A stretch of DNA of 64,000 nt from Eledone cirrhosa. Lineage: Eukaryota. How positions within the stretch are numbered: position 1 is the stretch's first letter; every line of letters begins with the position of its first letter. Under the pieces are notes generated by a model. It made no database searches and had not been told where the DNA came from. It saw only the letters and a list, made by a program, of their open reading frames with translations. The stretch is from assembly GCA_964016885.1 (NCBI GenBank), contig OZ024742.1, positions 277,450,001 through 277,514,000 on the forward strand, in the 5' to 3' direction. Positions 12,570 through 26,640 of the stretch are shown in pieces. Both the position numbers and the translations under genes were made by a program.

Positions 12570-13242
12570 ATTGGCAGTATCGGTTGGGCGTCGGACAATA
12601 TGCTTTGTGGCATAGAGTTACGTCCCTTTACGTTCTGAGTTCAAATCCCGCCGAGGTTAGTGTTGCCTTTCATCCTTACAGGGTCGATAAATAAAGCACC
12701 AGTAATTCATTGGAGTCGATTTAATCGACTTTCACTTCTCCCCAAATTGCTGGCCTTGTGCCTATAATAGAAATCATTATAGCCTGGATTGGCAGTATCG
12801 GTAGAGGGTCGGACGACATGCTTTCCAGCATAGAGTTACCTCCCTGTATGATCTGAGTTCAAATCCCGCCGATGTTAACTTTGCCTTTCATCGTTACGGG
12901 GGGTCGATAAAATAAAGTACCAGTAATGCACTGGGTAATTGCTGGCCTTGTGCCAAAAGTAGAAACAATTATAGCCTAAATACATAAGTAGAAGAAGACA
13001 GTAAGAATATTGATTGTTACTATGTTCTATATTTCTAAGTGTACTTTTTATTTTCATTTGGATTGGCAGTATCGGTAGAGAGTCGGACGCCATGCTTTCC
13101 AGCATAGTTACGTCCCTTTACGATCTGAGTTCAAATCCCGCCGAGGTTGACTTTGCCTTTCATCCTTCCGGGGTCGATAAAATAAAGTACAAGTAATGCA
13201 CTGGATAATTGCTGGCCTTGTACCTAAAGTAGAAACAATTAT
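12570..13242 (+). mobile_element. Three clustered copies of a tRNA-derived SINE (about 12570-12780, 12788-12972, 13058-13242)
   Basis: A-box-like tggcagtatcggtagag, B-box gagttcaaatccc, shared body actttgcctttcatcc..ggggtcgataaaataaagtaccag. Confidence 0.8.
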
Positions 13243-14289
13243 TTATTTTTTTGTAAATTTTTTAATTTACGTTTTTGCTGGTACACTTGGAGGTCTCACG
13301 GGAAAATGAGTCATCATTGAGATGGCTCCATAAAATTTTGTTGAATCTCAATTCAATAGGGTTGTTGGGATTGTTGATGATATAAAGAAGCAGATAATGT
13401 TGAGAGATTACAATGCTCACCGTATCTGTAGTCATTGAGCTTCATTCTTCAGTTTTCACTTCAGAAAATTGTATAGCACTGGGGACCTCCAAACTGAGAA
13501 AGGTGTAATGTATCTCCATCAAAATTGCTGATGGTTAAGTATTTGACTTCTCTAAAGCTAGTAAACTATCAAACCATACATAAAGTGAGACACAGATCCC
13601 TGGCCTGGCTGGAATATCAGTGGTTCCATTTCAGTACTGACTTGGTCTATTTAGGCCCTTCCAACCATTGCTAGCAGGGAAAGCAGATGTTAAAATCTCA
13701 ATGATGATGATGATGTTGGTGGCAAATAGGCAGTCTTTTGAACAAAAGATAGTGTTTCAGCACTTAGCACTCTGAATTCAGTGGATATAAATATATATAA
13801 ATTAATACATTTTTTAAAATTTCCTTTCAGTACTGCAGTGGAACCACTGACCTCCCAGTCAGGCCAACGATCTGTGTCTCACTTTATGTATGTTCAACAC
13901 ACCACATGTACAGGGGAGGTTGTCATGTCTTTGAAACAATTGCAGGTCCTTCCAGCCCTTTTGTTTGGCAAGATTTCTACAGCTGGATGCCCTCCCTATC
14001 ACCAACCTCTTTACAGGATGTACTGGGTGTGTTTATCATGTAGATCACCAACACTAGGGAGGCTGTCATGTCCTTGACACAACTGAAGGGTCCTCCTAAC
14101 ACTTTGTTTGTTTAGCCTCCATGGATGAATGCCATTCCCATCACCAACTGCTAGTAATTGAGTGCCATTCCCATCACTAGCTGCTAGTAATTGGGGGGGG
14201 GGGGGGCATGTGCAGTGGTATTGGAGTTAACTGTTGGGGATCACTAGTAGAGGTGGAGGCAAGGGGCTAGGTCAAGTGATATTGTATGC

Positions 14290-14690
14290 TGCAGGCCAGG
14301 TCTTCCTCAGCATTTCATAACGCCAGTCCTTGTGGTCTTTAGTGATTTCTGTTGTGAGGTTTTTTTTTTTAAGGTTGGTTTTCACTACCTCATCCCGTGC
14401 CCGGGTCTGTTTCTTCCACAGGAGTTTCTCTGCATTTCTTTATGCAGCTATTTTCCATGTGCATCACATCTATACCTGCACAGTCTTCTCTCTTGCACAC
14501 TACATCCAATTCCTCTTACGTCAAGTTGTTTCCTCAGTTTGCTGATGCACTCATGTACACTATCATTACACATCCATTGGAGCATACATGATTCATTTCT
14601 TTCAAGCCTCTGCAGGCGTTCTGCAGTCAAAGCCCATGTTTCACTGCCATGTAGCATAGCAGTTCACACACAGACACCATATAATATATG
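14290..14690 (-). mobile_element. RTE LINE 3' fragment
   Basis: MLHGSETWALTAE..RLERNE..ML.WMCN, same family as 15511-19050. Confidence 0.8.
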
Positions 14691-15510
14691 CATACATCAT
14701 CATGATCATTTTTACGATACTTTTCCATGTTTGCATGGGTTGGATGGATCTTTTCCACTACATATTGCTTTGGTTTGTGAGGTTTAGCAACTTTGGATCA
14801 GCTTCTGTTTTTGACCATGCCTTTCTCAGCCTACCTCTTCCTTCCACTTGTGATTTCCTGTTAGCACATCTTTACTCAACAATCATCATCTATACACATT
14901 ATATGTCTGTGCCAGTGCATTTGTCTCTCTTGTACACTACATTTGATTCATCTACCCAGTTTTTCCTTTAGTTCATCTGTGCCTCGTCAATCATGAACTC
15001 TAACAATAGACATTCAGCAGAGTAGGGTCATTTCATTTCCTTCCATCCCCTGTATTCAATGTCCATGTCTCAGTGATATGCCTCATTGTTTTTTATAATC
15101 AATTTTTTCACTTTAAGAGATAACTCCTTTGTCAGCAGAGATAGCCTCTCCATGAACAGTTTTGCCTTGCTCTTATTCTGGCTACTATGTTTTCAATATA
15201 ACTCCTTCACTGCTAATTCAGTCACATAGGTAACAGAAGTTACAAATTATTTTGTTGGAGACTTCTCAGAATTGAAAACAACTTATTTCACTAGAGTTCT
15301 TACTACTAGTTACTTCTTTGTTTCTTTAACACATTAGCATTTAAACTGGCTGCATCTGGTCAGAATTCCCTCACCTCTTTCTGTTCAAACCAGCCATAAC
15401 CGACGGCTCATACTTATGTTAAGGTATCGTTCTCAAAATCTCGTAGATTCGATATTAGTGATAGTGAGATAAAGTGTTTACCGTGAAAATACAATAGTAA
15501 ATATAGAAGA

Positions 15511-18500
15511 ATCATCATCATCATCATTTAACGTCTATTTTCCACGCTAGCATGGGTCTGGACGGGAATTGTCCCACTTGAGGCAAGATTGGTTGTCTTG
15601 CGGGTTTTCTACAGCTGGATGCCCTTCCTAACACCAACCACGTTTACAGTGTGGACTGAGAGGTTTTTACCGTGTTACCTACACGGCCATGTTAAGCGTG
15701 GACTGTGTGTTTTTTTTGTCGTGACACCTACACGACCTCATTTATTTAGGACTGGTTGTTGTGGTACCAACATAACTTTACATCGAAAGGGGTGGTGTAG
15801 ATAGCGGTGGGGGTAGGGTTGGGACGGGGGGGTGTATTTTGGTTAAGAGGTGCCTACTGACTGTAGGTTTCGCTTTGTACTTAGGCAAGGCGGGTCTTCT
15901 GTATTACTATGTAGCGCCAAAGATCTCGGTCCAGTGACATTGTCTTGGAGAGGTGTGTGTGAGGTCGGATTCTATCAAGTCGTCCCAGGATTTTCTCGGT
16001 CTGCCTACTCCGTAGCTACCATCTATTTTGATCGCCCTGCACTTTTTTATACAGCTGTCGTCTTTCATGCGCATCACGTGACCATACCAACGTAGTCTTC
16101 TCTCGAGTAAACAGCATCTGATCCCTCTTATTCCTAATTTCTCACTTAGTTCATTTATGCTTTGCCGTTCGCGTATATTTCTATTACACAACCAATGGAG
16201 CATGCAAGCTTCGTTCCTCTCCAGTCTGCGTAGATCCTCTGCACACAAGGCCCATGTCTCACTGCCATGTAACATCGCTGTTCGTTTGCAGGCATCATAC
16301 AGCCTGCCTTTTATTTTTAGAGAGAAACCTTGAGCGGCCAATAGTGGTATAACCTCTCTGAACTTTTTCCATCCCGTTCTGACTCTAGCTACTGTACTTT
16401 CAGAGCACCCTCCACCACTGCTGATTTTGTCACCCAATGGAATGAGCTAGTATTCTGTGGGCATTTGCTGCTACTTATTGCACCAGAGCACTGGCCACAT
16501 ATAAAATCTATATTCTTAGTTAGCTTACCTGTGATCCCACTACATCTTTTATGCACCCATATTTTGCATTTGGGACATAAAATGTAGTTTCTGCCTACTC
16601 CTTTCCTACACACTGAGCATGGCCATTTCCCAGATGGGACCAGTGCCCTATTCTCCTTCTTACATATTAGGACTTTAGTCTTAGACAAGTTAACTTTAAG
16701 GCCTTTTGATTCTAGGCCATGCTTCCATGTTTGGAATTTCTTCTCTAGTTCATTGATTCGGCTATGAGCGTTAGATCATCTGCCTATAGAAGTTCCCATG
16801 GGCAGCCGGTCTTGAACTCCTCCATTATAGCTTGGAGGGCGATAATAAATAGGAGGGGGTTAAGGACAGAGCCCTGATGAACACCAACTTTTACGCTAAA
16901 CTCTTCACTATATTCGTTGTTAATTCTAACCTTGCTGACTGTTTCTTTATACATGGCTTGTATAGCTCTCACAAGCCATTCATCTACACCTAGTTTTCTA
17001 AGAGCCCACCAGATAATGGAGCAGGGGATTCTGTCAAAGGCTTTCTCCAGGTCTACAAAAGCTAAGTAGAGGGGTTTACTTTTAGCTAGGTACTTCTGTA
17101 GTTGTCGTACAATGAAAAGAGCGTCTGTGGTACTTTTACCTGACACAAACCCGAACTGCATTTCATCTAGATTAATTCGCTCTCTGATTAGTTGCGCTAT
17201 TACTTTTTCTGTAACCTTTATGACCTGGTCAATTAATTTAATGCCTCTATAGTTTCCCCTATGTAGGGCGTCTCCTTTACCCTTGTAGCAGTTAATGATG
17301 ATGCTTCTACGCCAGTCCTTTGGTACGACCCCATTCTGTATAACTTGGTTTACTATCCGGGTGACCATAGTGTGTCCCACCGTTCCAGATGCTTTCAGCA
17401 TTTCAGCAACTATTTCCGAAGGCCCAGCCGCCTTGCCCGTCTTCATATCTTTGATTGCTTTACTTATTATACTACCTTCAACTTGCACTGCTGGTCCCTC
17501 TATTGGATCGATGTAGGGGAGACTGTCTTTCTCCCATTTATTCTCCTCATTTAGTAGCCTTTTGTAGTGACACTTCCAAGCTACCTTCTTATCAGCATCA
17601 GTGATGGCCAGTACACCATCATCATTATGGACACACTTCTCCCCGACAATATCACGATTCTCCTTGACACATTGTCTAACAATCCTGAACACCTCACGTT
17701 TTTGGTCCTCGCGTTGTAGAACATGCTTAAACTTTCTTTCCTCTGCTTCCCTTCTTGCGAAGTAGACTTGTCTCCTAGCTTCCCTCCTGGCCACTTGATA
17801 GTCTTCTCTACTTCCCCCATACTTTCCAAGCCTGCTTTTTGGCCTTGATCGACTCCTCCACCTTACTGTTCCACCACCAAGTTACTCTCCTCCTGCCTAT
17901 AAGTCTGCTCCAGCCACAGATTTCATCTGTCACCTTCAGCAGGTTAGCTTTCAAGAATTCCCACTGTTCCTCTATATTGTACGACTCTAATTGCTCTTCC
18001 AAACTGTCAAAAGCATCAAGTAATATGCTTTTAAATTTATTACTGGCTGTGGGGTCCTTTAACTTCCATATTTTTCTCCTAAGGATAGTCCTCCTCTGTT
18101 GTTGAATATGTCTCATCATGACTATGAGGCTATGTTGGGAGGTGCATTCTTCATGGGGGAGGGATTTAGTGTTTACAACAGACACTCTGTCTCGTCTTCT
18201 GGTAAGGATATAATCTATCTGACTGGCGTGTTCCCCTGATCTATAGGTGATCAAGTGATTGTCTCGTTTTTTTGAAGTTTGTGTTACAGATAGATTATTT
18301 GCGTCACAGAATTCAAGAGCCTTCCTCATTTCTAGTACCAAACCCATAGCCTCCATGGATTCCATCATAGCCGTCACAGTGTTGTCGAACGTGACCATTT
18401 AGGTCGCCAGCAATAATTATATAGTCACTGTCGGTTATTTGGGAGGTAATGAGCATTAATCGCTCAGAATCTGTCTTTTATAATGCCAAGCAGTCTGGGT

Positions 18501-19050
18501 TGGGGTGCATACGCAGATATTATTGTCCACAGCAGTTCTATTGAGGACAAGTCTTATTTTAATTATTCTGTCGTTCACTCTATTTACGTCTATTATCTTA
18601 TCTACCCATTTTTCTGCTAGCATGATTCCTACTCCACCCAGCCCATTTTCATTTCCCACCCTCAAAAACTTATAGCATCGTTTTTTACCCACAATGAATC
18701 TAGCAGACCCACCCCTCCACCTGGTCTCTTGAATACAGCAAACATCAACCTCCTTACGTTCAAGCATCTCTACAACCTCGTTAGAGCGACCTTTAAGGTA
18801 CCTACATTCATGGTACCAACTCTGAAGTTTTGGATTGCATTTGGTGGGTGGGGAGGACAGGGCGCAGGGAGGGGTGAGGGAGATGGGGCTATGTTAGCCA
18901 TCCGCGGCCTAAATAAAGAGGAGGAGTCCTTGCATTCTCGTCCGGCAGCATGAGGTGAATTTGTCTTTGGCATTGTCACTGAGTGTCCAGATTTTTCAGA
19001 CTCCAGAATTCTGTAGTCCATCCATCATATCGAAAGGCAACCAGGTCTAA
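15511..19050 (-). mobile_element. Near full-length RTE-clade LINE (APE endonuclease + RT), frameshifted
   Basis: GTMNVGTL, CCIQETRW, AGDLNGHV, SQIDYIL, SQH (APE); NYRGIKL, QFGF, FVDLEKAFD, GVHQGSVL, ADDL (RT); LRWYGHV..GRPRKSW; (ATG)n tail at about 15511-15527. Confidence 0.93.
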
Positions 19051-19100
19051 ACTTAAGTGATAACATAGGCCGCTGACTTATGATTGGCCCAAATAATAAT

Positions 19101-19289
19101 TGTTTCTACTTTTGGCACAAGGCCAGCAATTATCCAGTGTATTACTGGTACTTTATTTTATCGACCCCCGTAAGGATGAAAGGCAAAGTTAACCTCAGCA
19201 GGATTTGAACTCAGAATGGCAAGGGCCGTAACTCTATGCGTCAAAGCATGGTGTCCGACTCTCTACTGATACTGCCAATCCACTCACCA
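19101..19289 (-). mobile_element. tRNA-derived SINE with 16-bp TSD
   Basis: Reverse complement of the 12788 family; TGGCCCAAATAATAAT at 19085-19100 and 19290-19305. Confidence 0.85.
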
Positions 19290-21017
19290 TGGCCCAAATA
19301 ATAATGGTGGTGAGTGGGGGCAGATCTAGGGTAGTTAGCGAGAAGGTTATAAAATAAAATCCACGAAATTTTGGCCATAATCGAACGAGCATATAACTGT
19401 AATAAGGGAAGAATTATAGGATTTTAAAATACAAGATTATTTTGAACGATCAGACAGAATTATTGAATAGCATTGAAAAAGAAAAAAGAAAAGGTTGTAT
19501 TCTGGACGATATGATACAGATAGATGAATGGACAAGGGAACATGGAGAGACGAGAAAATAGGATTCGTACATTACATTACACAGAAGAGCGAGCGAGCGA
19601 TGTAGCCAAGAATATGGGTCGACAAATTCTGAGTTTCGTACCCCGCAACAGTTTATTTTATGTTTGAAGAGAGAGGGGATGGGATTGAAAGAGAGCCAGC
19701 AGGCATGTATACAATGTATGGGGGGGGGGGGGATAGTAGGGAGCAGGAAGGTTAATTTATAAAATCCTAGAATGTAAATGCTAAAGGGTTAACATACAAG
19801 TCTCATGTGTTTGTTAACCTGACTGTGATCCCACTAAAATCTTGTGCAGCCATCTCCTTGATGGTAATCAGGGTCCTATCTTTGTTATTTACGAAAACTT
19901 GAGTCTTTGCTAAATTTACTCCATCTGGAATTCCTTCAGGAGTTATCACAGACTAGAATTTCTTCAGGAGTTATCAACTCAGGTTATGGCCTGGTGATAT
20001 ATTGTATTATAGACCAATCTGATACAAATGAAAGCTGAAATTTACATTAACATATGTAAATTAACTTTTAAATTAACTATCAAATTGTGAAGGGCTTATG
20101 CTCCAACTGAAAAGATCTTCTAAACAGCAAATACTTTCTATATATCATCACATAATGGCCACTTTTCCATGTTGGCAGGAATTAGATGAGTTGTCAGAGG
20201 CTAAATCAGTACATAATTGGAGCTACTGACCTCTCAAATGGGCTGAGGGCCTGCATCTCACTTACAAAGGCTCTAGCATTTTACAGAGTGTAGTGTGTGT
20301 GTGTGTGTGCACATGCATCTATATATAAATTTGAGTGACTTCCGTCCGTCACACAATGTCTGTGTGTGTGTGTGTGTGTGTGTGTAAAAGGAAGGAAGGG
20401 GTTGGTGAAAAAACTATAGCAAAACAGCAGCTGGTGTTCCATTTGCTATGCTGTATGTGTATTTATGTGAATGTATGTGAGTGTATTTTTGTGTGTCTGT
20501 GTTTGCGCATTTATATTTATATACTCATACATATAAATGTATGCATATGCACATATACACACACACATACATATACACATATATTCATACCAGAATATAT
20601 GAAACATACAAGATACAGGATTCATATACAAGATCTCACACATATATCTTACTATAGTATAATGAAATATTTTTTATGGTTTGTGTATTTTATTAAAAAA
20701 ATTGTACAGTAATATAATTCCAGATCTAGCACAAATGCATTTCTCATCTATTGTCCACAATGACAAAAACAAATAGTTTCTTTTCTCCTTTCTATAATTT
20801 TCTAAAATGGAATATAGACTGTTAGGGTGCTCTCTGTTGGTTGTTAAAGACTAGTAGTGAAACCAACCACTTCTAAACTTTATAGGAAGGCTGTAAGAAT
20901 GTTTATTTACATAAACATTTCGCATATGCTTCACACATACAACCCGTCACACACATCATCATCATCATATGTGAGTATATATATAAATAAATAGATAAAT
21001 AAATATATATATGTATA

Positions 21018-21170
21018 TAGGTGGCAAATTGGCAGAGTCATTAGAACGTCAGATAGAATGCTTTTTGGTATTCGTTCCGGCTCTCTGAGTTCAAATCGCG
21101 CCGAGGTCAACTTTGCCTTTCATCCTTTTGAGGTCAATAAAAAACGTACCAGTCTAGTACTGGGGTCAAT
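21018..21170 (+). mobile_element. tRNA-derived SINE fragment
   Basis: ctgagttcaaatcgcgccgaggtcaactttgcctttcatcc body. Confidence 0.7.
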
Positions 21171-21868
21171 TCTTCCTCTCCCATCCCTCTTCCATGCCTG
21201 GAGAGGGATGGGCTCCATCAGGTTTAAAGGGCTCAAGAAACGCCATACCATATATATAGCACCCATCCACCAGCGATAATGAGGGACAGAGACTGCTGGA
21301 GAGAACTCGTCCATGGATCTCGGGAATTTTACCCGCCTTAGATAGATAGATATATATATACTGAAAAAATGTTGATATTAAAAATATCTCATCAATCTCA
21401 CTATTGTAGATTTGTGGTTATATAAAATAGCATTGAGATGTTGTTATCACACTGCTATATCTACTCTGAGTGCATCTCAGGCAACATAAGGTATTTCATT
21501 CACAGAAAACATGAAAATGATATGATTACTCCCCAGTATACAAAAACAATAGTTTTATGGCCATTTTTACAGCTAAAGCAGAGATTAGTTATGCAAGTCC
21601 TATGACAGCCTTCATACTCATCATTGTATCCATTTTGAGGCAATGTCATATAGCCAGATGTACTTCGAGCAGCCAACACTTTGTCACCTATTAAGACATA
21701 CAGGGATATGATGTACCAATTCTAAATTGGATATACACAGTGGTTACTCTTCTTTATCAAAAATGCATATGTATTTTGAGAATGATATAGCACAGGTATG
21801 ACAGTCATGGCTCTTCTGTGTGACTAAGCTTGTGTTTAATTAAATTGCATTTAGGAAAGAATGATTTA

Positions 21869-23065
21869 TTAGATAACATAGAGATATGGATTCTCTATTG
21901 CATGTATGCGGTTGTGTCTAGTTAAGCTGCCTTTTTCAGAGAATGACTTACCACAGATATCACAGAGATACGGCTTCTCTCCTGTATGAATACGTTTGTG
22001 GGTATTTAAGTCACCATTTTGAAAGAATGATTTACCACATATATCACAGTGGTATGACCTCTCTCCTTTATGAATGCATTTGTGTCTAGTTAAGCTGCCT
22101 TTTTTTGAAAATGATTTACCACAAATGTCACAGAGATATGGTTGTTCTCCTGTATGAATACGTTTGTGAGTAGTTAAATAACCACTCTGAGAGAATGATT
22201 TACCACAGATATCACAGTGATGTGGCTTCTCTCCTGTATGTATGCGTTTGTGTGTAGTTAAGTGACTATCTAAAGTGAATGATTTACCACAGATATCACA
22301 GTGATATGGTCTCTCTCCTGTATGAATGCGTTTGTGTTTCGTTAAACTACATGTTACAGAGAATGATTTACCACAAACATCACAGTGATATGGCTTCTCT
22401 CCTGTATGAACACGTATGTGAGTAGTTAAGTGATTTGTTTGGGAGAATGCTCTACCACAGATCTCACAGTGGTATGGTTTCTCTCCTGTATGAATGCGTT
22501 TGTGAATTGTTAAGTAACTATCTATAGTGAATGATTTACCACAGACATCACAGTGATATGGCTTATCACCTGCATGAATGCGTTTGTGAGTAGTTAAGCT
22601 GCATGTTACAGAGAACGATTTGCCACAGATATCACAACAATATGGCTTCTCCCCTGTATGAATACGTTTGTGAGTAGTCAAGTGATTTGCTTGAGAGAAT
22701 GATTTACCACAGGTATCACAGTGGTATGGCCTCTCTCCGCTAAAAATATGAGAAGTGAAAGGATTTCTCCGAGAGAATGATTTTCTACACCGATACAATT
22801 TATCTCCTGCATGAATACGTTTGTGAGTATTTAAGACAGTACTTTGAGAGAATGATTTACCACATATATCACAACAATATGGTTTCTCTCCTGTATGAAT
22901 ACGTATGTGTCTAGTGAGGTTACTTTTCTTAGAGAATGACTTTTTACAGATATCACAGTGATACAATGTTTTTCGTATTTGTTTTAGAATCACACGAGGA
23001 AAATTAATCTTAATTTTAGAATCTGCTTCATATTTAACCTGGTTCTCACATAATTCAGTTTCCAT
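21869..23065 (-). CDS. Tandem C2H2 zinc-finger protein, 398 aa, 12 intact fingers plus 1 degenerate
   Basis: Repeated [10 protein letters not shown]....[11 protein letters not shown]; single coding exon. A polypyrimidine-CAG acceptor at about 23280-23297 implies an upstream non-coding exon. Confidence 0.93.
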   Translation of the reverse strand: METELCENQVKYEADSKIKINFPRVILKQIRKTLYHCDICKKSFSKKSNLTRHIRIHTGEKPYCCDICGKSFSQSTVLNTHKRIHAGDKLYRCRKSFSRRNPFTSHIFSGERPYHCDTCGKSFSQANHLTTHKRIHTGEKPYCCDICGKSFSVTCSLTTHKRIHAGDKPYHCDVCGKSFTIDSYLTIHKRIHTGEKPYHCEICGRAFSQTNHLTTHIRVHTGEKPYHCDVCGKSFSVTCSLTKHKRIHTGERPYHCDICGKSFTLDSHLTTHKRIHTGEKPHHCDICGKSFSQSGYLTTHKRIHTGEQPYLCDICGKSFSKKGSLTRHKCIHKGERSYHCDICGKSFFQNGDLNTHKRIHTGEKPYLCDICGKSFSEKGSLTRHNRIHAIENPYLYVI

Positions 23066-23547
23066 ATTTTTCTTCTTTTACTACAATATACATATATTTT
23101 TCTTCTGTTGGTTTTTATATTTGAGAAATCTCAGTTCAGAAGAAATATTTTGCCGTAATTCAAATGTAGATTCACATAAATAAGCCTGTATCTGTTTTGT
23201 ATAATATCTTGAAAAAGTGATAAATATTTCTGATGCATATCAAGGAAATATTTACTTTATGCCAATGTCACTTGATAATCTGAAAAAAAAAAAAAAAGTA
23301 AAGAAACAGTAAGGATAATTAAAAAGTAGAGATTAAAAAATGGAAATGTAGATACAAACAACTGAATTTTATTACTAGTTTTTATTAAATTTACATCATA
23401 CAATATTGTGAAGTTTTAATATTTGCAAACTAGGGCTACACCTTTAGACAGTGTAGCATAATATATTTCAAACTACTTGCTTACCTACAACAACCAGAGA
23501 TTCTTAGAGCCCACCCAACTTATTAAAAGCAGCAGCTAAATCTTCCT

Positions 23548-23734
23548 TAACCTTTTAGCATTTAAACCGGCCATATCCGGCCAGAATTCTCTTGCCTCTT
23601 TCTGTTCAAACTGGCTACTCATACTGATGTTAACGTATTGTTTTCAAAATAAATAATATCAAAAACTCATAGATTCGATATTATGTGAGATAATTATGTG
23701 AAAATATAGAGTAATATAAATGCTAAAGAGTTAA
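23548..23734. mobile_element. TTAA-flanked (piggyBac-type) MITE
   Basis: ttaa-ccttttagcattta ... taaatgctaaagag-ttaa; a related copy starts at about 15327. Confidence 0.7.
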
Positions 23735-25168
23735 ATTTAACTCAGTCACTTAATAATGTAAAGTTTTTAATGAAATTTTGCAGAGATATGGTTTTGAAGA
23801 TAGTTGATGAAATTAATTTTTTTATTTTCAATTTTTCAATTCAAGTTGTAAAAATGTAAAAATGAAGACAATCTGTGATGTTACTTTGATTAATATTATT
23901 CAATATGATATATGAAGCTAGCATGATGAACATTTGTTCAAGTTTCCTTTTTACTTACTACAGACACAGATGAAAAATATTCAGTAATAAAAGCTTTAAC
24001 CCTTTTGTTACCATATTTCTAATGAAATATACATCCTATGTTTCAATTAATTTTGAAAAATATTGAAGAATTTGGAGGAATTTCGTAACATTTTCTTTAA
24101 ATTATTTATAGTGGTCCAGTATACATTTTCTTGCTAATCATTTCAACAATCCACCTATTATGAGACAAAAAACAAAACAAAAACAAAACAATTCTCATTG
24201 AAATTCAAAACATTTTCATTGACAAACAAACTGGCAATCAACAAAGGTATCTTAATGTATAAAAAAACAAAAAAACAAACAAACTTTTCTTGGCCTCCTC
24301 AAATAAATTGGTAATTATATAAATTATCAAAAGATTAACAATTTGCAGAAAGAATGAGAGATAAAAAAAAAGGGGGAGTAAAGATATACGTACTCAGTTA
24401 TCCACAAGGGACGATGGAGTTTCACATTAATAGTTTTTTTTTTAGGCAAGCCAAGACGCAGCATTGCCACAGGTGATAGCGAGGTTATTGTGTTGGAATA
24501 ATCAAGCAACCTGGTACTACCCAGAGTTGGACGAGATTGCCGAAAGTAAATATAGTACTGTAAAATTTGTATATCACCTAACGACGGACTAGAAAAATTA
24601 GCTTAATGCAGCTTTATGTTGGTAAAAATATAAAAATCGTCTTGATAATTCAATATATTCAATATTTATTTATATCAATGTTGTATGAATGTGAAGTATG
24701 TTAGATGTCTTGATTGGAGTCAATAAGAACAGCGATGGGGTTTCACAACATCCAATTTTTCAATGTCTTCGTCACAGATTTTTCAATGAAATATCAAAGT
24801 CTGATTCGGAGTGAATCATCAGCTTCGAACAAATATATGTATATCTATATACACACATCTATCTATATATATTTCTCTCTCATATATATATATATTATTT
24901 ATGTATGCACATAAAGAGAAAAAAGACCGCTACCTAAGGTTTCAAGGTCCAATAATGGCCATCTCCACAGATTGTGTACGGTGGTGTAGAATGGATGGAG
25001 AAGCGATCAAATTCGTGACCTGTTTTTATTTTACACATCCACTGATATTTTAGTACACATGTATATATATATAATTACATCATATAATTACATCGAGCTA
25101 TACCTTTTACTGTCATTTCTATAATACGAAGAGGGTGTTTAACTCCAACACGCTCCAGTATTTTAATT

Positions 25169-25218
<50 letters not shown>

Positions 25219-26079
25219 TTTTGATCTTGTGATCGTAGTGGTTCACAAGGAAGAAGAAATCAATATTTATAAATTTTATAAATTTATAATAGAATAAATA
25301 TATTATAGATTACTTACTTCTCTAAAGAGGATTAGTGAACAGTCGCTTTGCTAAAACATATGCTCTAAATTAAACACACACACACATATATATATATACA
25401 TACACACATACATATACATATGATTCAATTCTCATTTTGGATACCTTGTAGTAGGGGAATGTGTTACTTATGTGTGCTACTCTGTTTAACTGTTTAGTTG
25501 TCATGTTTTCTAGGAAGGAGGCGGGGCAATTCTGTTGTGTTTGTAAGCGCATTGTCTTTAGTTAGTTTGCGAGGATACGTGCTTCTTTCAGCCAATGTTT
25601 GAGAGAAAGGTTAAGAGTTAGTTAATTGGTTAGGCTATATTAAACAACATACAATTACTGTATATCTTTTGACGTCAGTGTTTACTTACCGTGTTCTTGA
25701 AGATATTGGGTTCGGGCGTTGTTATACGTTTCGTTGAGCTTCCAGTGTAATTTTAACAGCTGATGAGCATTGAAATCATTCTCCCAGTCAGCAAGGAGTC
25801 ATCTCTGCCAAAATGCTTATAATCAATGACAATGAGGAATTTCGAACATTTGATTTTCTGATTCAGAATGAGGTATATTTCTTCTTCCTCGTTAACTATG
25901 GCACCTTGATACCGGAAGATAGGAAGAGGAAGTGACGTCCACAGTGAATTATACATACATGTGTATATGTATGTCGTTGTACCTTGAACTCGTTTCTATT
26001 TCCTTCCTTTTATTCAGGTAAAATTGTTAAAGATAAGCAAAGAATAAACCTTACTCGGAATCAATCCTTAATAATTTTT

Positions 26080-26640
26080 TTCGTACGCTCTATCGATAGC
26101 AATCAGCTTTCGTCAGTTACAATAATAATTCTACAATGTATCAGATATTTGTTTCATTCTAACAGCAAAATTACACCAGCGTGAAAAGAAATTTCACCGG
26201 TGAAGAACCGCATTTAAATATAGATTCATGTAAATGCCCATGATAACGACATTGGTGATGTCTACTTTGCGATTTTGTCACTATTAATTATTCCAAGAGT
26301 TGGATGAATTAACTATTATCAATTTTGACTAGTGAAGATATCTGGCACAATTCACATTCGGATTACATACTAATATGTAAGTATATTAAAGATATTAATT
26401 TGTTTGGCGGCAACAGAAGAATTTCTTTTTACACCGTGCTACGGATAACATTTTGCTTAGGCGGGATGGGGAGATGACCGCTGTTTCAAAATCACTCATA
26501 AACACTTTTTTTTAACTCAGAAATTTTGTTTTTGAATCGTTATACAGAAATTGTATATTAAAAAAAAAAAAGTGAATTGGCAAAATCCTATAAATTTTCT
26601 ATATTGAAGTGAGAATAAAGTCGGATGAAAACGACGGTCG
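26080..26640. repeat. Unclassified interspersed repeat; second copy at about 61740-62310
   Basis: Shared caccagcgtgaaa..ccggtgaagaacc.catttaaatataga.tcatgtaaatg and aattggcaaaatcctat segments. Confidence 0.6.

Noticed and set aside
25755-25790. CTGATGA-gcatt-GAAA-tcattc hammerhead-like core
   Set aside because: Stem I limited to 2 bp and no real stem II or III; likely chance.
26100-26120. Minus-strand CTGACGAAAG
   Set aside because: No stem II, triplet or stem I.
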